Shown: positions 14,436 to 23,002 of the stretch, one piece after another
Layout: each line of letters begins with the position of its first letter
How positions within the stretch are numbered: the first letter of the stretch is position 1
Source of the DNA: an uncultured Planctomycetota bacterium
GTDB taxonomy: Bacteria; Planctomycetota; Planctomycetia; Pirellulales; Thermoguttaceae
Direction: 5' to 3'
DNA length: 64,000 nucleotides
NCBI GenBank assembly: GCA_902796885.1
Contig: CADBQY010000077.1
Span: 126-64,125 of the forward strand
Program-made: the position numbers and the translations under genes
Notes under the pieces: model-generated
What the model saw: the letters and a program-made list of their open reading frames with translations, nothing else
Told to the model about the DNA's origin: nothing
Database searches by the model: none

Positions 14436-14676
14436 GTACCGCACCGGCAACGCCCCGCTCCGCTACGCGCGCCCGATGAACACGCGCCCGCTGCGCCCCG
14501 CCGAAACCCTCAACCTCGCCGAGGCGGCGGAGTTCCTCGGCGTCTCGACCAAATGGCTCCGCGCCCAGGTCGATTCGGGAACGGTTCCCGGCCGGCGTCT
14601 CGGGCGGAAATACCTCTTTTCGCGCGCCGCTCTGAACTCTTGGATCGCAAACTCGGTATCCGACGCTGGCGATTGA
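14422..14676 (+). CDS. excisionase / HTH_17 (AlpA-Xis type) DNA-binding protein
   Basis: The sequence LNLAEAAEFLGVSTKWLRAQVDSGTVPGRRLGRKYLFSRAALNSWI is typical of the family. The gene lies directly upstream of the integrase. Confidence 0.75.
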   Translation: MTLIKYRTGNAPLRYARPMNTRPLRPAETLNLAEAAEFLGVSTKWLRAQVDSGTVPGRRLGRKYLFSRAALNSWIANSVSDAGD

Positions 14677-14749
14677 CCCGATCGGGCCGGCCGGATAAAA
14701 TGATGGCGCCGTCAAACGCCAGCATTTTTAGAAAGGCAGGGAAAGCATT

Positions 14750-15976
14750 ATGGCGTTTGTCATAAGTACAAAAGAGAAAAACGGCACCGCGCACAAGGTC
14801 CGGTTCTCGCTCGGAGGCCGCTTGCGCGTCATTTCGTTCGGCCGGAAATACCGGAAGCAACAGGTCGAGGAGATCGCCGTCTTCGTGCAGCGGATCGCCG
14901 ACTGCATCGAGACCGGTTCGCCGCCGTCGAAACAGCTTTCGGCGTGGCTCGATTCGCTGACGGACGATTTGCGCCGACGATTGGAACGCGCCGATCTCTT
15001 GACGCCCCAGGACCGGGACGCCACCGAGATCACGATCCGCCAGCTCTACGGCAGCTGGCTCGCTTATCCGTTCGACCGGAAGGAATCGACGCTGCAAAAT
15101 CACGAGACGACGTTCAAACGGGTTTGCGACTTCTTCGATCCGGACGAACGCGCCGCGGGCGTAACGGTCGAGCGCGCGCTGGAGTTTCGGCGCTATCTTC
15201 TCGGTACCGGCAAGGCGCCGGCAACCGTCTCCGGTCACGTGAAAAATCTCCGTCAGTGGTGGAATTTCGCGGTAAAGGAGAATCTGGCGGCGTCGAATCC
15301 GTGGAACGAGGTTCCGCGCGACTCGCAGCGGAACCCGGCGCGCGGCTTTTACGTCACGCCGGAAATGTACAGCGCGCTTCTGGACGCCTGTCCCGACCAG
15401 GACTGGCGAACGCTGATCGCGTTGTGCCGGATCGGCGGTCTGCGATGTGACTCCGAAACGAGCCGCGTCCGCTGGATCGACGTGAACTGGGAAAAGAAAA
15501 CGCTCTTGGTCCATTCGCCGAAGACGGAACGCTACGGCAAGGGGTTCCGGCTGATTCCGCTCTTTCCGGAGCTTGAACAGGAACTTTCCCGTTCGTGGGA
15601 ACAGTCTGAGGAGGGCGCCGAGTTCGTCCTGTCGCGTCAACGCAACCGGATGAACTTGCGAATTCAGATGACGCGGATCATTTTCCACGCGGGGCTCTGT
15701 CCGTGGGAGCGGGTTTTCAACAATCTTCGGGCGAGCCGGGCGACGGAACTGCTCCAGCGGTTTCCGGCGCACGTCGTAGCAGCGTGGCTCGGACACACTC
15801 CGGAAGTGGCGGAAAGTCATTACCTGATGGTCCGCCGTGAAGATTACGAAGCCGCGGCGTCCCTAAGCCTTGAGGGTCCGAACCCCCAACCCGCCCCGAA
15901 AAAGGGCCGTTTTTCCGACCGAAAGTACCAAAATCCGGAATTGCCGAAAATTGGTACTTTTTCCGACCGTTCCTGA
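14750..15976 (+). CDS. int: tyrosine-type phage integrase
   Basis: The catalytic region shows RIGGLRCDSE..., NLRASRATEL and AWLGHTPEVAESHY (R...xxR...H...Y). The gene is adjacent to the tRNA gene. Confidence 0.85.
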   Translation: MAFVISTKEKNGTAHKVRFSLGGRLRVISFGRKYRKQQVEEIAVFVQRIADCIETGSPPSKQLSAWLDSLTDDLRRRLERADLLTPQDRDATEITIRQLYGSWLAYPFDRKESTLQNHETTFKRVCDFFDPDERAAGVTVERALEFRRYLLGTGKAPATVSGHVKNLRQWWNFAVKENLAASNPWNEVPRDSQRNPARGFYVTPEMYSALLDACPDQDWRTLIALCRIGGLRCDSETSRVRWIDVNWEKKTLLVHSPKTERYGKGFRLIPLFPELEQELSRSWEQSEEGAEFVLSRQRNRMNLRIQMTRIIFHAGLCPWERVFNNLRASRATELLQRFPAHVVAAWLGHTPEVAESHYLMVRREDYEAAASLSLEGPNPQPAPKKGRFSDRKYQNPELPKIGTFSDRS

Positions 15977-16084
15977 GCGGAATCAGGGGTATTTGAGCGG
16001 ACTTTTCACCGTCCCCAAAGATACCAAAATTTCGCAAGACCCCTAAAAATAAGCACCTAGAACAATCCTCCCCACCCCATCAAG

Positions 16085-16158
16085 CACGCCCGGAGGGATT
16101 CGAACCCCCAACCCTCGGTTCCGAAGACCGATGCTCTATCCAGTTGAGCTACGGGCGC
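16085..16158 (-). tRNA. tRNA-Arg (anticodon UCG)
   Basis: The minus strand reads GCGCCCG-TA-GCTC-AACTGGATA-GAGC-A-TCGGT-CTTCGGA-ACCGA-GGGTT-GGGGG-TTCGAAT-CCCTC-CGGGCGT-G. This folds by hand into a full cloverleaf. The 7-nt anticodon loop CTTCGGA gives anticodon TCG. CCA is not encoded. Confidence 0.9.
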
Positions 16159-16219
16159 CTGGATCGGCCCGCGCACTGTTGACCCGATGCGGGAGGCGCT
16201 ACGCCGACGTCTCCGCCAT

Positions 16220-16247
16220 ATTATACCAGCAAAGAGCGGTATCGCAA
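16220..16247 (-). promoter_or_regulatory. candidate promoter for tRNA-Arg
   Basis: On the minus strand, TTGCGA (16247-16242) is followed by a 16-nt spacer and TGGTATAAT, an extended -10 with TATAAT at 16225-16220. This lies about 60 nt upstream of the tRNA. Confidence 0.4.
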
Positions 16248-16294
16248 GGGGAAGAGAGAGAAGAGTGCGTTCCGTTTATATCATCCCGTTTTGT

Positions 16295-17107
16295 TCAATC
16301 GGCATATTTTAACACATGCTCAGCCAGTGATACTGCGATATCCAGATCGGTCTTCGCATAGAGCATCCGCGTGCCGACCGCGTCCTCTATTTCATTAAAG
16401 ACAGGTTTACCCCGGTCGAAGATGAAGTCGATCCCTGCCAAACCGAAACGGAATCGTTCGGTGATCCGGTCGACTTGTCGGACGATTTCCGGCGGTATCG
16501 TCTCGCACCGTTCGGCATGACCCCCGAGACAAAAATTACTCCGAAAGTCGGTCTCGGAATGTCGAAACATCGCGGCGATAATCTCCTTCCCAAGTACGTA
16601 GACGCGCAAATCTTTCCCCAGGTCCGACGCCGCACGTTGGAAAACCGCCGTCGGTTTACCAATTGCGGTAAACGCCTCGATCAAATCCTTTCGGTCGCGT
16701 ACCAAAAAAACTTCGGTTCCCCCATGCCCGTCACGTGACTTTAAAACCGCGGGAAACAGGCCGGAAATCGTTTCGATATCTTTCGCCGTTACCAGACGGT
16801 TCGGAATCGAAGCGACCCCCGCCTCTTCCATCGTTCGGTAGGTCAGGTACTTGTCGTTACAGATTCGAGATATTTCGGCGTTGTTCCAAACCCTTGTGCC
16901 CTCCTCTTCGAGCCTCGCGGCCATTTCGGAATCGGCGCTCCGGTTTACGACAATGTCGGGAAGATCGGGGGGAAATTCGCCGGGCGAATCGGCGAGAACC
17001 AACCGAGCTTGCGCTCCTCGTTCACGGAACGCGCCACAGAGGCGTTCGGCAAACCAGCGATTGACCGCCAGACGGGAATGATTATAGAGGATCCAAACGT
17101 CCATCAC
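16295..17107 (-). CDS. RimK-family ATP-grasp ligase (paralogue 2)
   Basis: The ATP-grasp pattern includes NDKYLTYRTMEEAGVASIP, AVLKSRDGHGGTEVFLV, DLRVYVLGKEIIAAM and GLAGIDFIFDRGKPVFNEIED. Confidence 0.75.
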   Translation of the reverse strand: MMDVWILYNHSRLAVNRWFAERLCGAFRERGAQARLVLADSPGEFPPDLPDIVVNRSADSEMAARLEEEGTRVWNNAEISRICNDKYLTYRTMEEAGVASIPNRLVTAKDIETISGLFPAVLKSRDGHGGTEVFLVRDRKDLIEAFTAIGKPTAVFQRAASDLGKDLRVYVLGKEIIAAMFRHSETDFRSNFCLGGHAERCETIPPEIVRQVDRITERFRFGLAGIDFIFDRGKPVFNEIEDAVGTRMLYAKTDLDIAVSLAEHVLKYAD

Positions 17108-17991
17108 ACCTTATCGGAATCGCGGTACCGCGTCTCTTTAAGAATATAGTCGGCCAGCATTTCCTCAAACGAAATACCCAGCGCGTTATCCAGATTCACA
17201 AAGTGGGCGTTCGAGTTCACTTCACAAACAATCGGCGTCTCCCCTTCCCCATACATGAGATCGATTCCGGCAAAATCGAGCGCCAGTACACGCGCTGCAT
17301 CAAGCGCGATCCTCTGAAACGCCGGGGAAAGATTTAGAGGCTCCATCCGTCCGCCGGCGGTTACGTTAGAGCGAAAATTTCCCGGCGCCCCGAAACGCGC
17401 CGTTGCGGCGACGATCCTGTCGCCAAGAGTCTGAACCCTAACGTCCCGTCCGAAACTTGTCTTGATAAACTCCTGAAAAATCCAGGCGGCGTTAGGATGC
17501 GCGCGCAGAACGGTACGAACTTCTTCAAGCGAGTGAAGCAAATACACCTGGGCACCGAATGAACCAACCCGTTCCTTCATCACCAACGGAACCCCCAGCT
17601 GTTCGACAACCGAATCCAAAAAAGTATCGTCTCCGTAGGGACCGGAATTGAATTTCAACGGAGCGACGATCGTCTTCGGGTGCGGAATCCCCGCACGTTC
17701 CAAAGCCAGCGCGGTCAGAGCCTTATCATCACACAACTCGATTCCTTTTGGCCGATTGAAAAGAGGAATCCCGGCGTTTTCCAACCGATACGCCAGGGGA
17801 ATATCCTTGTCCCAAAAGAGAACAAAATCGGGTCGATTCAAAACCGAAGCGCCAAGGGCAGAAACGAGTTCGGCGTTACTTTTACGCAACAGCACTCCCC
17901 CACGCAAGGAAAACGCCCGGATCAGCCGGGCGTAGATCTCCTCAAATTTTATTGAATGCAAAAAGGCGTTAACGACGAGCCAGCCTGTCAC
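17104..17991 (-). CDS. RimK-family ATP-grasp ligase (paralogue 1)
   Basis: The sequence shows DDKALTALALERAGIPHPKT, VMKERVGSFGAQVYLL, DVRVQTLGDRIVAA, NFRSNVTAGG and FAGIDLMYGEGETPIVCEVNSN. An ATGA overlap links it to the downstream paralogue. Confidence 0.8.
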   Translation of the reverse strand: MTGWLVVNAFLHSIKFEEIYARLIRAFSLRGGVLLRKSNAELVSALGASVLNRPDFVLFWDKDIPLAYRLENAGIPLFNRPKGIELCDDKALTALALERAGIPHPKTIVAPLKFNSGPYGDDTFLDSVVEQLGVPLVMKERVGSFGAQVYLLHSLEEVRTVLRAHPNAAWIFQEFIKTSFGRDVRVQTLGDRIVAATARFGAPGNFRSNVTAGGRMEPLNLSPAFQRIALDAARVLALDFAGIDLMYGEGETPIVCEVNSNAHFVNLDNALGISFEEMLADYILKETRYRDSDKV

Positions 17992-18006
17992 GGAGTCGCT
18001 CCGACA

Positions 18007-19146
18007 CTACTTCGCGGCACGGGCGTTGCAAACCGCGGTCCACGCCTCTTTGATTTTCGGGTCAACCGAACTGGTTAGTTGAACCATGTAGATTCGCGCT
18101 TCCCCCGTTTTGATATTCGCGCGCCCTTCGGTGCCAAGCGCGCCGCCATGCCATATCCATTCGCCGTCGGTCCACATGCCGACCGAATAGGGATCGTCGA
18201 TACCGTTGGGAGTCTGTTTCGTTGCCATCGTCTGAACCGCTTCCTCCGAAAGGATTCGTTTTCCGCGGTACTGACCTTTTCCGGCAATCATTTGGTAGAA
18301 CTTAATGATGTCGCGCGGGGTCGAAAAGAGACCGCCGCCCCCTTCGGCAAACCGGTGCTGACGATCGGTAAACGGATAGGCGAGATTGTTGGTGGTGTCG
18401 GGAATGCAACGGTCGTCCAGAACCTTATAAGGGGTGACGAGACGTGCATTCTGCTCATCGGTAAGCCAGAACGAAGTGTCGTACATCTGTAAAGGATCAA
18501 AAATTCGTTTTTTCAGAAACTCTTCGAACGGGAACCCGGTCACCGCTTCGATGATCGCCGCGCCGACGTCGATACCCAGATTGCTGTAACTGAACTGCGT
18601 GCCGGGATCGGCGAAAAGAGGAACGTCGACCATCGAAGTCGCCAACGCGCGCGCCGGAAAGACGTCGATTCCGTACCGCTCCATCGCCGGAGTAATAAAA
18701 CGCAGCCCGCCCATATGACACATCACTTGCCGAACCGTCAGTTTCGTCTTCGGGGAACGGAGGACCAGAACGCCGTTTTCGCTCGGTTCCGCGACCCGGA
18801 TATTGGCGAATTCGGGCAGGTAGGTCTCGACGGATGCGTCGAGGTCGACGAGCCCTTCGTCAACAAGGATCAAGAGTCCGGCGCCAACGACCCCTTTGGT
18901 CATCGAGGCAATCCAAAAGACACTGTCCATCGTCATCGGTTCGGAGCTTTCGATATCGGACCAGCCGACCGATTCGGCCGTTAGATGCCCGTCCTTATCG
19001 GCGGTCACCGAAACCAGACCGGGAAAAACACCTCGGTCGACGAACGGCTTAACCGCTTCGGAAACCGATTCCTGAGCTCCAACCGCACCCGCTGTCAGAA
19101 TGGCAAGAAGCAAGGCGGTAATACGAATCATTCGGCGTGTTTTCAT
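18007..19146 (-). CDS. secreted serine hydrolase, beta-lactamase/transpeptidase-like family
   Basis: It has a signal peptide (MKTRRMIRITALLLAILTAGAVGA) and the SxxK motif IASMTKG. Confidence 0.75.
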   Translation of the reverse strand: MKTRRMIRITALLLAILTAGAVGAQESVSEAVKPFVDRGVFPGLVSVTADKDGHLTAESVGWSDIESSEPMTMDSVFWIASMTKGVVGAGLLILVDEGLVDLDASVETYLPEFANIRVAEPSENGVLVLRSPKTKLTVRQVMCHMGGLRFITPAMERYGIDVFPARALATSMVDVPLFADPGTQFSYSNLGIDVGAAIIEAVTGFPFEEFLKKRIFDPLQMYDTSFWLTDEQNARLVTPYKVLDDRCIPDTTNNLAYPFTDRQHRFAEGGGGLFSTPRDIIKFYQMIAGKGQYRGKRILSEEAVQTMATKQTPNGIDDPYSVGMWTDGEWIWHGGALGTEGRANIKTGEARIYMVQLTSSVDPKIKEAWTAVCNARAAK

Positions 19147-19193
19147 ATCGGAATCCCCTTAGTTAGGTTCAGAAAGGAATGGAACCTGTAAAT

Positions 19194-22016
19194 TTACTTG
19201 CGTTTTTTGTTCTTCTTATTGTAGTTCTGGCGGTCTGCGGCTTTTTTCCGCTTTTCAAGTTCCGCTTTGGCGAGCTTCTGCTGTTCTTTTGTCTTTTCGA
19301 GGATCTCCTGCCATTTCGCGCGCCAACCTTTCTTCTCCGGTTCGGCGGATGTATTCGTTCGGCGATTACGGCGCGCGTTGTGCGGCTTACCCAACTTTTC
19401 GGCGTCGGAAGCCGGAGCCGGCGTCACGTCGATGACAGCGGTTCCGTCGTCGGTGACGATTTCCTGATCTCGTTTCGGCAGGAAACGGCGTTCAAGAATC
19501 CCCCAGAGCGCGCTGGTAATGAAGTAGATGCAGAGCCCGCACGGAACTTTAAAGAACATGAAGCCCATCATGACCATCATGACTTTCATCATAAAGCGCA
19601 TCATCTTCTGCTGCTGAATCTCTTCGGGAGTACGACCGGTAACCGGCGGTGAAAGAATCGCCTGCTGCACCAGGAAGAGAGCTACGGTCAGAAGAGGAAG
19701 AAGGTTCAGGTAAGGGCCCAACGAAAAGATTCCCATACCCAAATTGAACGACGTCCACCCGTGCGAATTCCAGAAATCGCTCCAGTTCAGAAGCATATCG
19801 GGCGCCGCCAGATTCGAGCACCAACGCACCTTTTCGCTGATCAGCGGCGCGCCATACAGGTTGACGTCCAGGTTCAGAACCTTGTAGAGTCCGCAAAAAA
19901 CGGGAATCTGAAGGAACACCGGCAAACAACTGCCCAGAGGGTTGACTTTGTTCTTTTTCCAGAGCTCGCGCTGAGCTTTCATGAGCGCGTTCGCGTCGTC
20001 TTTGTATTTTGCCTGAAGTGCGCTAATCTGCGGCTGAAGTTTCTGCATTCGAAGCGAGCTGGCCACCATCTTGATACTGATCGGAAACATACAAAGACGC
20101 ACCAGGATCGTCAGTAAAATAATCGCCAGCCCGTAATTAAAGACCATGTAGTGGCGGAAGAATTCCAGAATCCAGGCGAGCGGTTTCGAAACGAACCAGA
20201 ACCAGCCGTAGACGAGCGTCTCGCCAAGTCCGTATGATTTCAAGTCGGCGGGGCGTTTTGGACCGATAAAGACGGTGTAACTTTCGGATGCCGTGTCGCC
20301 GTTCTGACCCGCGGGCGCGAGTTCCTTTTCGCCGCTTTTAAGACGGAACGAAGTATTCGTGAAGGTCTCTTTTCCGGCAAGACGGGCACCGACGCGTAAC
20401 GGAAGGTACTCAAACAACGGCGTCTGTCCGTCCCGTGCCTCGGGAATCATCGTCGCCTCAAAGTATTGCGAATCGACTCCGATAAAGTCAATGGAAACAG
20501 GATCGCTCGGACGGCTGTTCTCCTTTTTTTCAAGCGCGATATCGGTACATTTGAAGACGCTGAAGTTATTTCCGCCCAGCTTTAAAATGACGTCGTGCAG
20601 ACCGTAGGTTCCCCATCCCGGACCGGTTTTGCGACCCATCGAGTACCAAAGCCCCTCGACCGGAAGCGACGTCGGTCCGTCCAGAAAATACGAAACGGTA
20701 TGTTTTTCGGTATCGAGGTTACGCAACTCGACGGTTAGGTTCAAGCCAAAATCTCTCCCGCCCCGTTTTTTATTTTCGGTATCGGCGGATTCCAAAGAGC
20801 TGAGCGAAAAGACTTTTCGAGCTTCAAGACGATGTCCGGGAAGGACTTTCCGAAATACGGCAGTCGATTCGTTCGACTCGTCGGCGACGTATTCCCAGTC
20901 ACCCGCACGCATCCCAGCTTCGGCCGAAGGGATCAGCGTTCCGTCTTCGGTAAAAGCGTAGAATGGAAGCTCGTTGTCAAGGATCGAATTACGGCCGACC
21001 GTTGTCTTTCGGTCTCCTTCGCGATAAACGGGCCACGGCAGGGTTTCCTTGTCGTCGTAGGTAGCCAGAGTCATCAGGAACGAACTCGCGTCGGTATTCG
21101 GGCGGCGGCGGAATTCTTTTTCACTGAAAACATCATACGCATCGTTCGAGTAATCCCGGCTGACACCCTGCAGACCAACCATATTGACATAATCGCCGTA
21201 ATTAGCGATCACTCCCATCGGACGAATCACCTGTAAGGGGGCTTCGCCGAGCGTGACCGCCACCGATTCCGCTTCCGGAACATCGCCTTCAGCGGCCGAA
21301 ACGGTGTCGGCTCTCAGAATGCCGAGTTTGACGAGTTCGTCCGGCTTTGTTTTCAAAAGGGCGTCGCGCAGATCCTCAAACGCGGCAATTTCAACGACTC
21401 CGCCGGCCGATTCGGTCTCGGAAAGGTCGATTGAAACGATTCGATCCCCCGGTTTCAAACCCGCGGCGGCGGCGGGCGTCCCGGCGCCGACCGTCTGAAT
21501 CCCGAGCCCCGGAAGTCCCGAAAGGATCTCGTTGGCGGCGACGGTCTCGTCGGCAACGATCTGCCCGAGATATCCCGAAGCATCGGCACAGTCCCGGAAC
21601 CCCTTTTCGTTCATTTCAACGCGGGTTACCGCCGCGCCGCGATTTGAGATCGTCACAAGCATACGATACGGACTGTTCGGATCGAGACTCCCCAGGGTGA
21701 CGAATTGCGGGCCTATCTTCCGTTGCGCCTCTTCCCTCAAATCGGGTGAAAGAGTCTCTGCGATCGCCGCCAGATATTCCTCCCCCTTCGGCTGAATCTG
21801 AACCGTCTGAGGCAGATTTTCTTCCGGAACCGGACTCGGTTCCTTCTTTTTTGTAAACAAGGCGATCACTGCCCACGCCAGGCAGAACATCAGTAAGATA
21901 TTGAAACAGCCGCCCCCCTGGCGAGATTCGCCGGATGAAGACGAGCCCGTACGCGGGACGGAAGGGGGTGTTGAATATTGAGGAAGCTTCGGTAATGCCA
22001 TAAATGTCACTTTCAA
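19194..22016 (-). CDS. yidC: membrane protein insertase YidC, long form with PDZ-like insert and basic C-terminal tail
   Basis: The YidC core reads YGLAIILLTILVRLCMFPISIKMVASSLRMQKLQPQISALQAKYKDD...NPLGSCLPVFLQIPVF. The PDZ-like stretch is GLGIQTVGAGTPAAAAGLKPGDRIVSIDL. The tail is K/R-rich. Confidence 0.85.
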   Translation of the reverse strand: MKVTFMALPKLPQYSTPPSVPRTGSSSSGESRQGGGCFNILLMFCLAWAVIALFTKKKEPSPVPEENLPQTVQIQPKGEEYLAAIAETLSPDLREEAQRKIGPQFVTLGSLDPNSPYRMLVTISNRGAAVTRVEMNEKGFRDCADASGYLGQIVADETVAANEILSGLPGLGIQTVGAGTPAAAAGLKPGDRIVSIDLSETESAGGVVEIAAFEDLRDALLKTKPDELVKLGILRADTVSAAEGDVPEAESVAVTLGEAPLQVIRPMGVIANYGDYVNMVGLQGVSRDYSNDAYDVFSEKEFRRRPNTDASSFLMTLATYDDKETLPWPVYREGDRKTTVGRNSILDNELPFYAFTEDGTLIPSAEAGMRAGDWEYVADESNESTAVFRKVLPGHRLEARKVFSLSSLESADTENKKRGGRDFGLNLTVELRNLDTEKHTVSYFLDGPTSLPVEGLWYSMGRKTGPGWGTYGLHDVILKLGGNNFSVFKCTDIALEKKENSRPSDPVSIDFIGVDSQYFEATMIPEARDGQTPLFEYLPLRVGARLAGKETFTNTSFRLKSGEKELAPAGQNGDTASESYTVFIGPKRPADLKSYGLGETLVYGWFWFVSKPLAWILEFFRHYMVFNYGLAIILLTILVRLCMFPISIKMVASSLRMQKLQPQISALQAKYKDDANALMKAQRELWKKNKVNPLGSCLPVFLQIPVFCGLYKVLNLDVNLYGAPLISEKVRWCSNLAAPDMLLNWSDFWNSHGWTSFNLGMGIFSLGPYLNLLPLLTVALFLVQQAILSPPVTGRTPEEIQQQKMMRFMMKVMMVMMGFMFFKVPCGLCIYFITSALWGILERRFLPKRDQEIVTDDGTAVIDVTPAPASDAEKLGKPHNARRNRRTNTSAEPEKKGWRAKWQEILEKTKEQQKLAKAELEKRKKAADRQNYNKKNKKRK

Positions 22017-22106
22017 ACGGAAAGAAAACCGGCGTCGTGCCGGAACGATAATCCACGGTCGGCTCGTCGGCCCTCATCGGTCGCGACAATCGACCGATCA
22101 TAAAAA

Positions 22107-22895
22107 TCAGCGTCCCTGCTTTAACCTTTCGCCGAGAAAATCGTCAAGCTCGGGAATCTTAATGATCTTCTCAAATGTCTTGTCGATATCGTAGGGGATA
22201 CGGCGAAATTCAAGAAGTTCGCCGTCATGCAAAAGGGCGTAACAGGCACGCGGATCATGATCTCGCGGCTGACCGACTGAACCGACGTTGACCATCACTT
22301 TATCGGTACCAATCTTATACTGATAATTCGGGAGCTGGTCGAGAGAAAGGAAATCGTACGGGAAGACCGTATCGGGCGTATGTTCGCAGGTAAAGACCCC
22401 GGGGACATGAGTATGTCCCATAAAACAGCACCGCGGAACCAAACCGAATAGCTTTTCCATTTTACTGTCGCGAACGTCTTCTTTAAAAACATATTCGCAG
22501 GTCGGGTTCTTCGGCGATCCGTGAACGAAAAGAAAATCTCCCTCTCGATACGCTCGTTTGAGCTGACCGCTGACAAAATCGAGCCGCTCTTCCTTTTTTC
22601 GATCCCGCGCCTCTTCCAACTGCGATCGGGTCCAGTAGATCGCTTGTTCGGCCACCGAGTTAAAACCGCTCGGCTCATAAACCGCGGCGTAATCGTGATT
22701 TCCCATAATGCAGACCTTAACCTTCGTCTCCGGCTTCATTGCCAGGTCAACGCACTCTTTGGGATTGGGGCCGTACCCGATCAGATCGCCGAGACAGTAA
22801 ACCTCCTCGACCCCCTGAGCGTCCATGTCGGCAAGAACCGCCTGAAACGCCTCAAGATTACTGTGAATATCGCTGATAATTGCCTGTTTCACCAA
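22107..22895 (-). CDS. metallophosphoesterase (calcineurin-like)
   Basis: The motifs are IISDIHSN, CLGDLIGYGPNP, GNHD and GHTH. Confidence 0.8.
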   Translation of the reverse strand: MVKQAIISDIHSNLEAFQAVLADMDAQGVEEVYCLGDLIGYGPNPKECVDLAMKPETKVKVCIMGNHDYAAVYEPSGFNSVAEQAIYWTRSQLEEARDRKKEERLDFVSGQLKRAYREGDFLFVHGSPKNPTCEYVFKEDVRDSKMEKLFGLVPRCCFMGHTHVPGVFTCEHTPDTVFPYDFLSLDQLPNYQYKIGTDKVMVNVGSVGQPRDHDPRACYALLHDGELLEFRRIPYDIDKTFEKIIKIPELDDFLGERLKQGR

Positions 22896-23002
22896 GCGCC
22901 TCTCGCTTAAAAATCGTTCCTATGGTTGCGATCGAACTTGTAAATAAACAGCTGTTAGTATAATATAAATAAAAAAAATAGAAATAGGAAGAGCTGAGCA
23001 AA

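Larger units (their letters stand above)
1..16084. mobile_element. integrated temperate phage (partial; the left end lies outside the window) inserted at the 3' side of tRNA-Arg
   Basis: Terminase, repressor switch, recombination and replication module, xis and int are all present, ending 108 bp from the tRNA 3' end. Base composition differs from the host part. Confidence 0.8.

Noticed and set aside
14510-15820. 436-aa minus-strand ORF
   Set aside because: It is antisense to the xis and int genes and is an Arg-rich shadow ORF.
21616-22101. 161-aa minus-strand ORF upstream of and overlapping the yidC start, considered as yidD or rnpA
   Set aside because: It lacks the YidD cysteine/His pattern and the RnpA motifs. 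It overlaps yidC out of frame for about 400 nt, so it is probably spurious.
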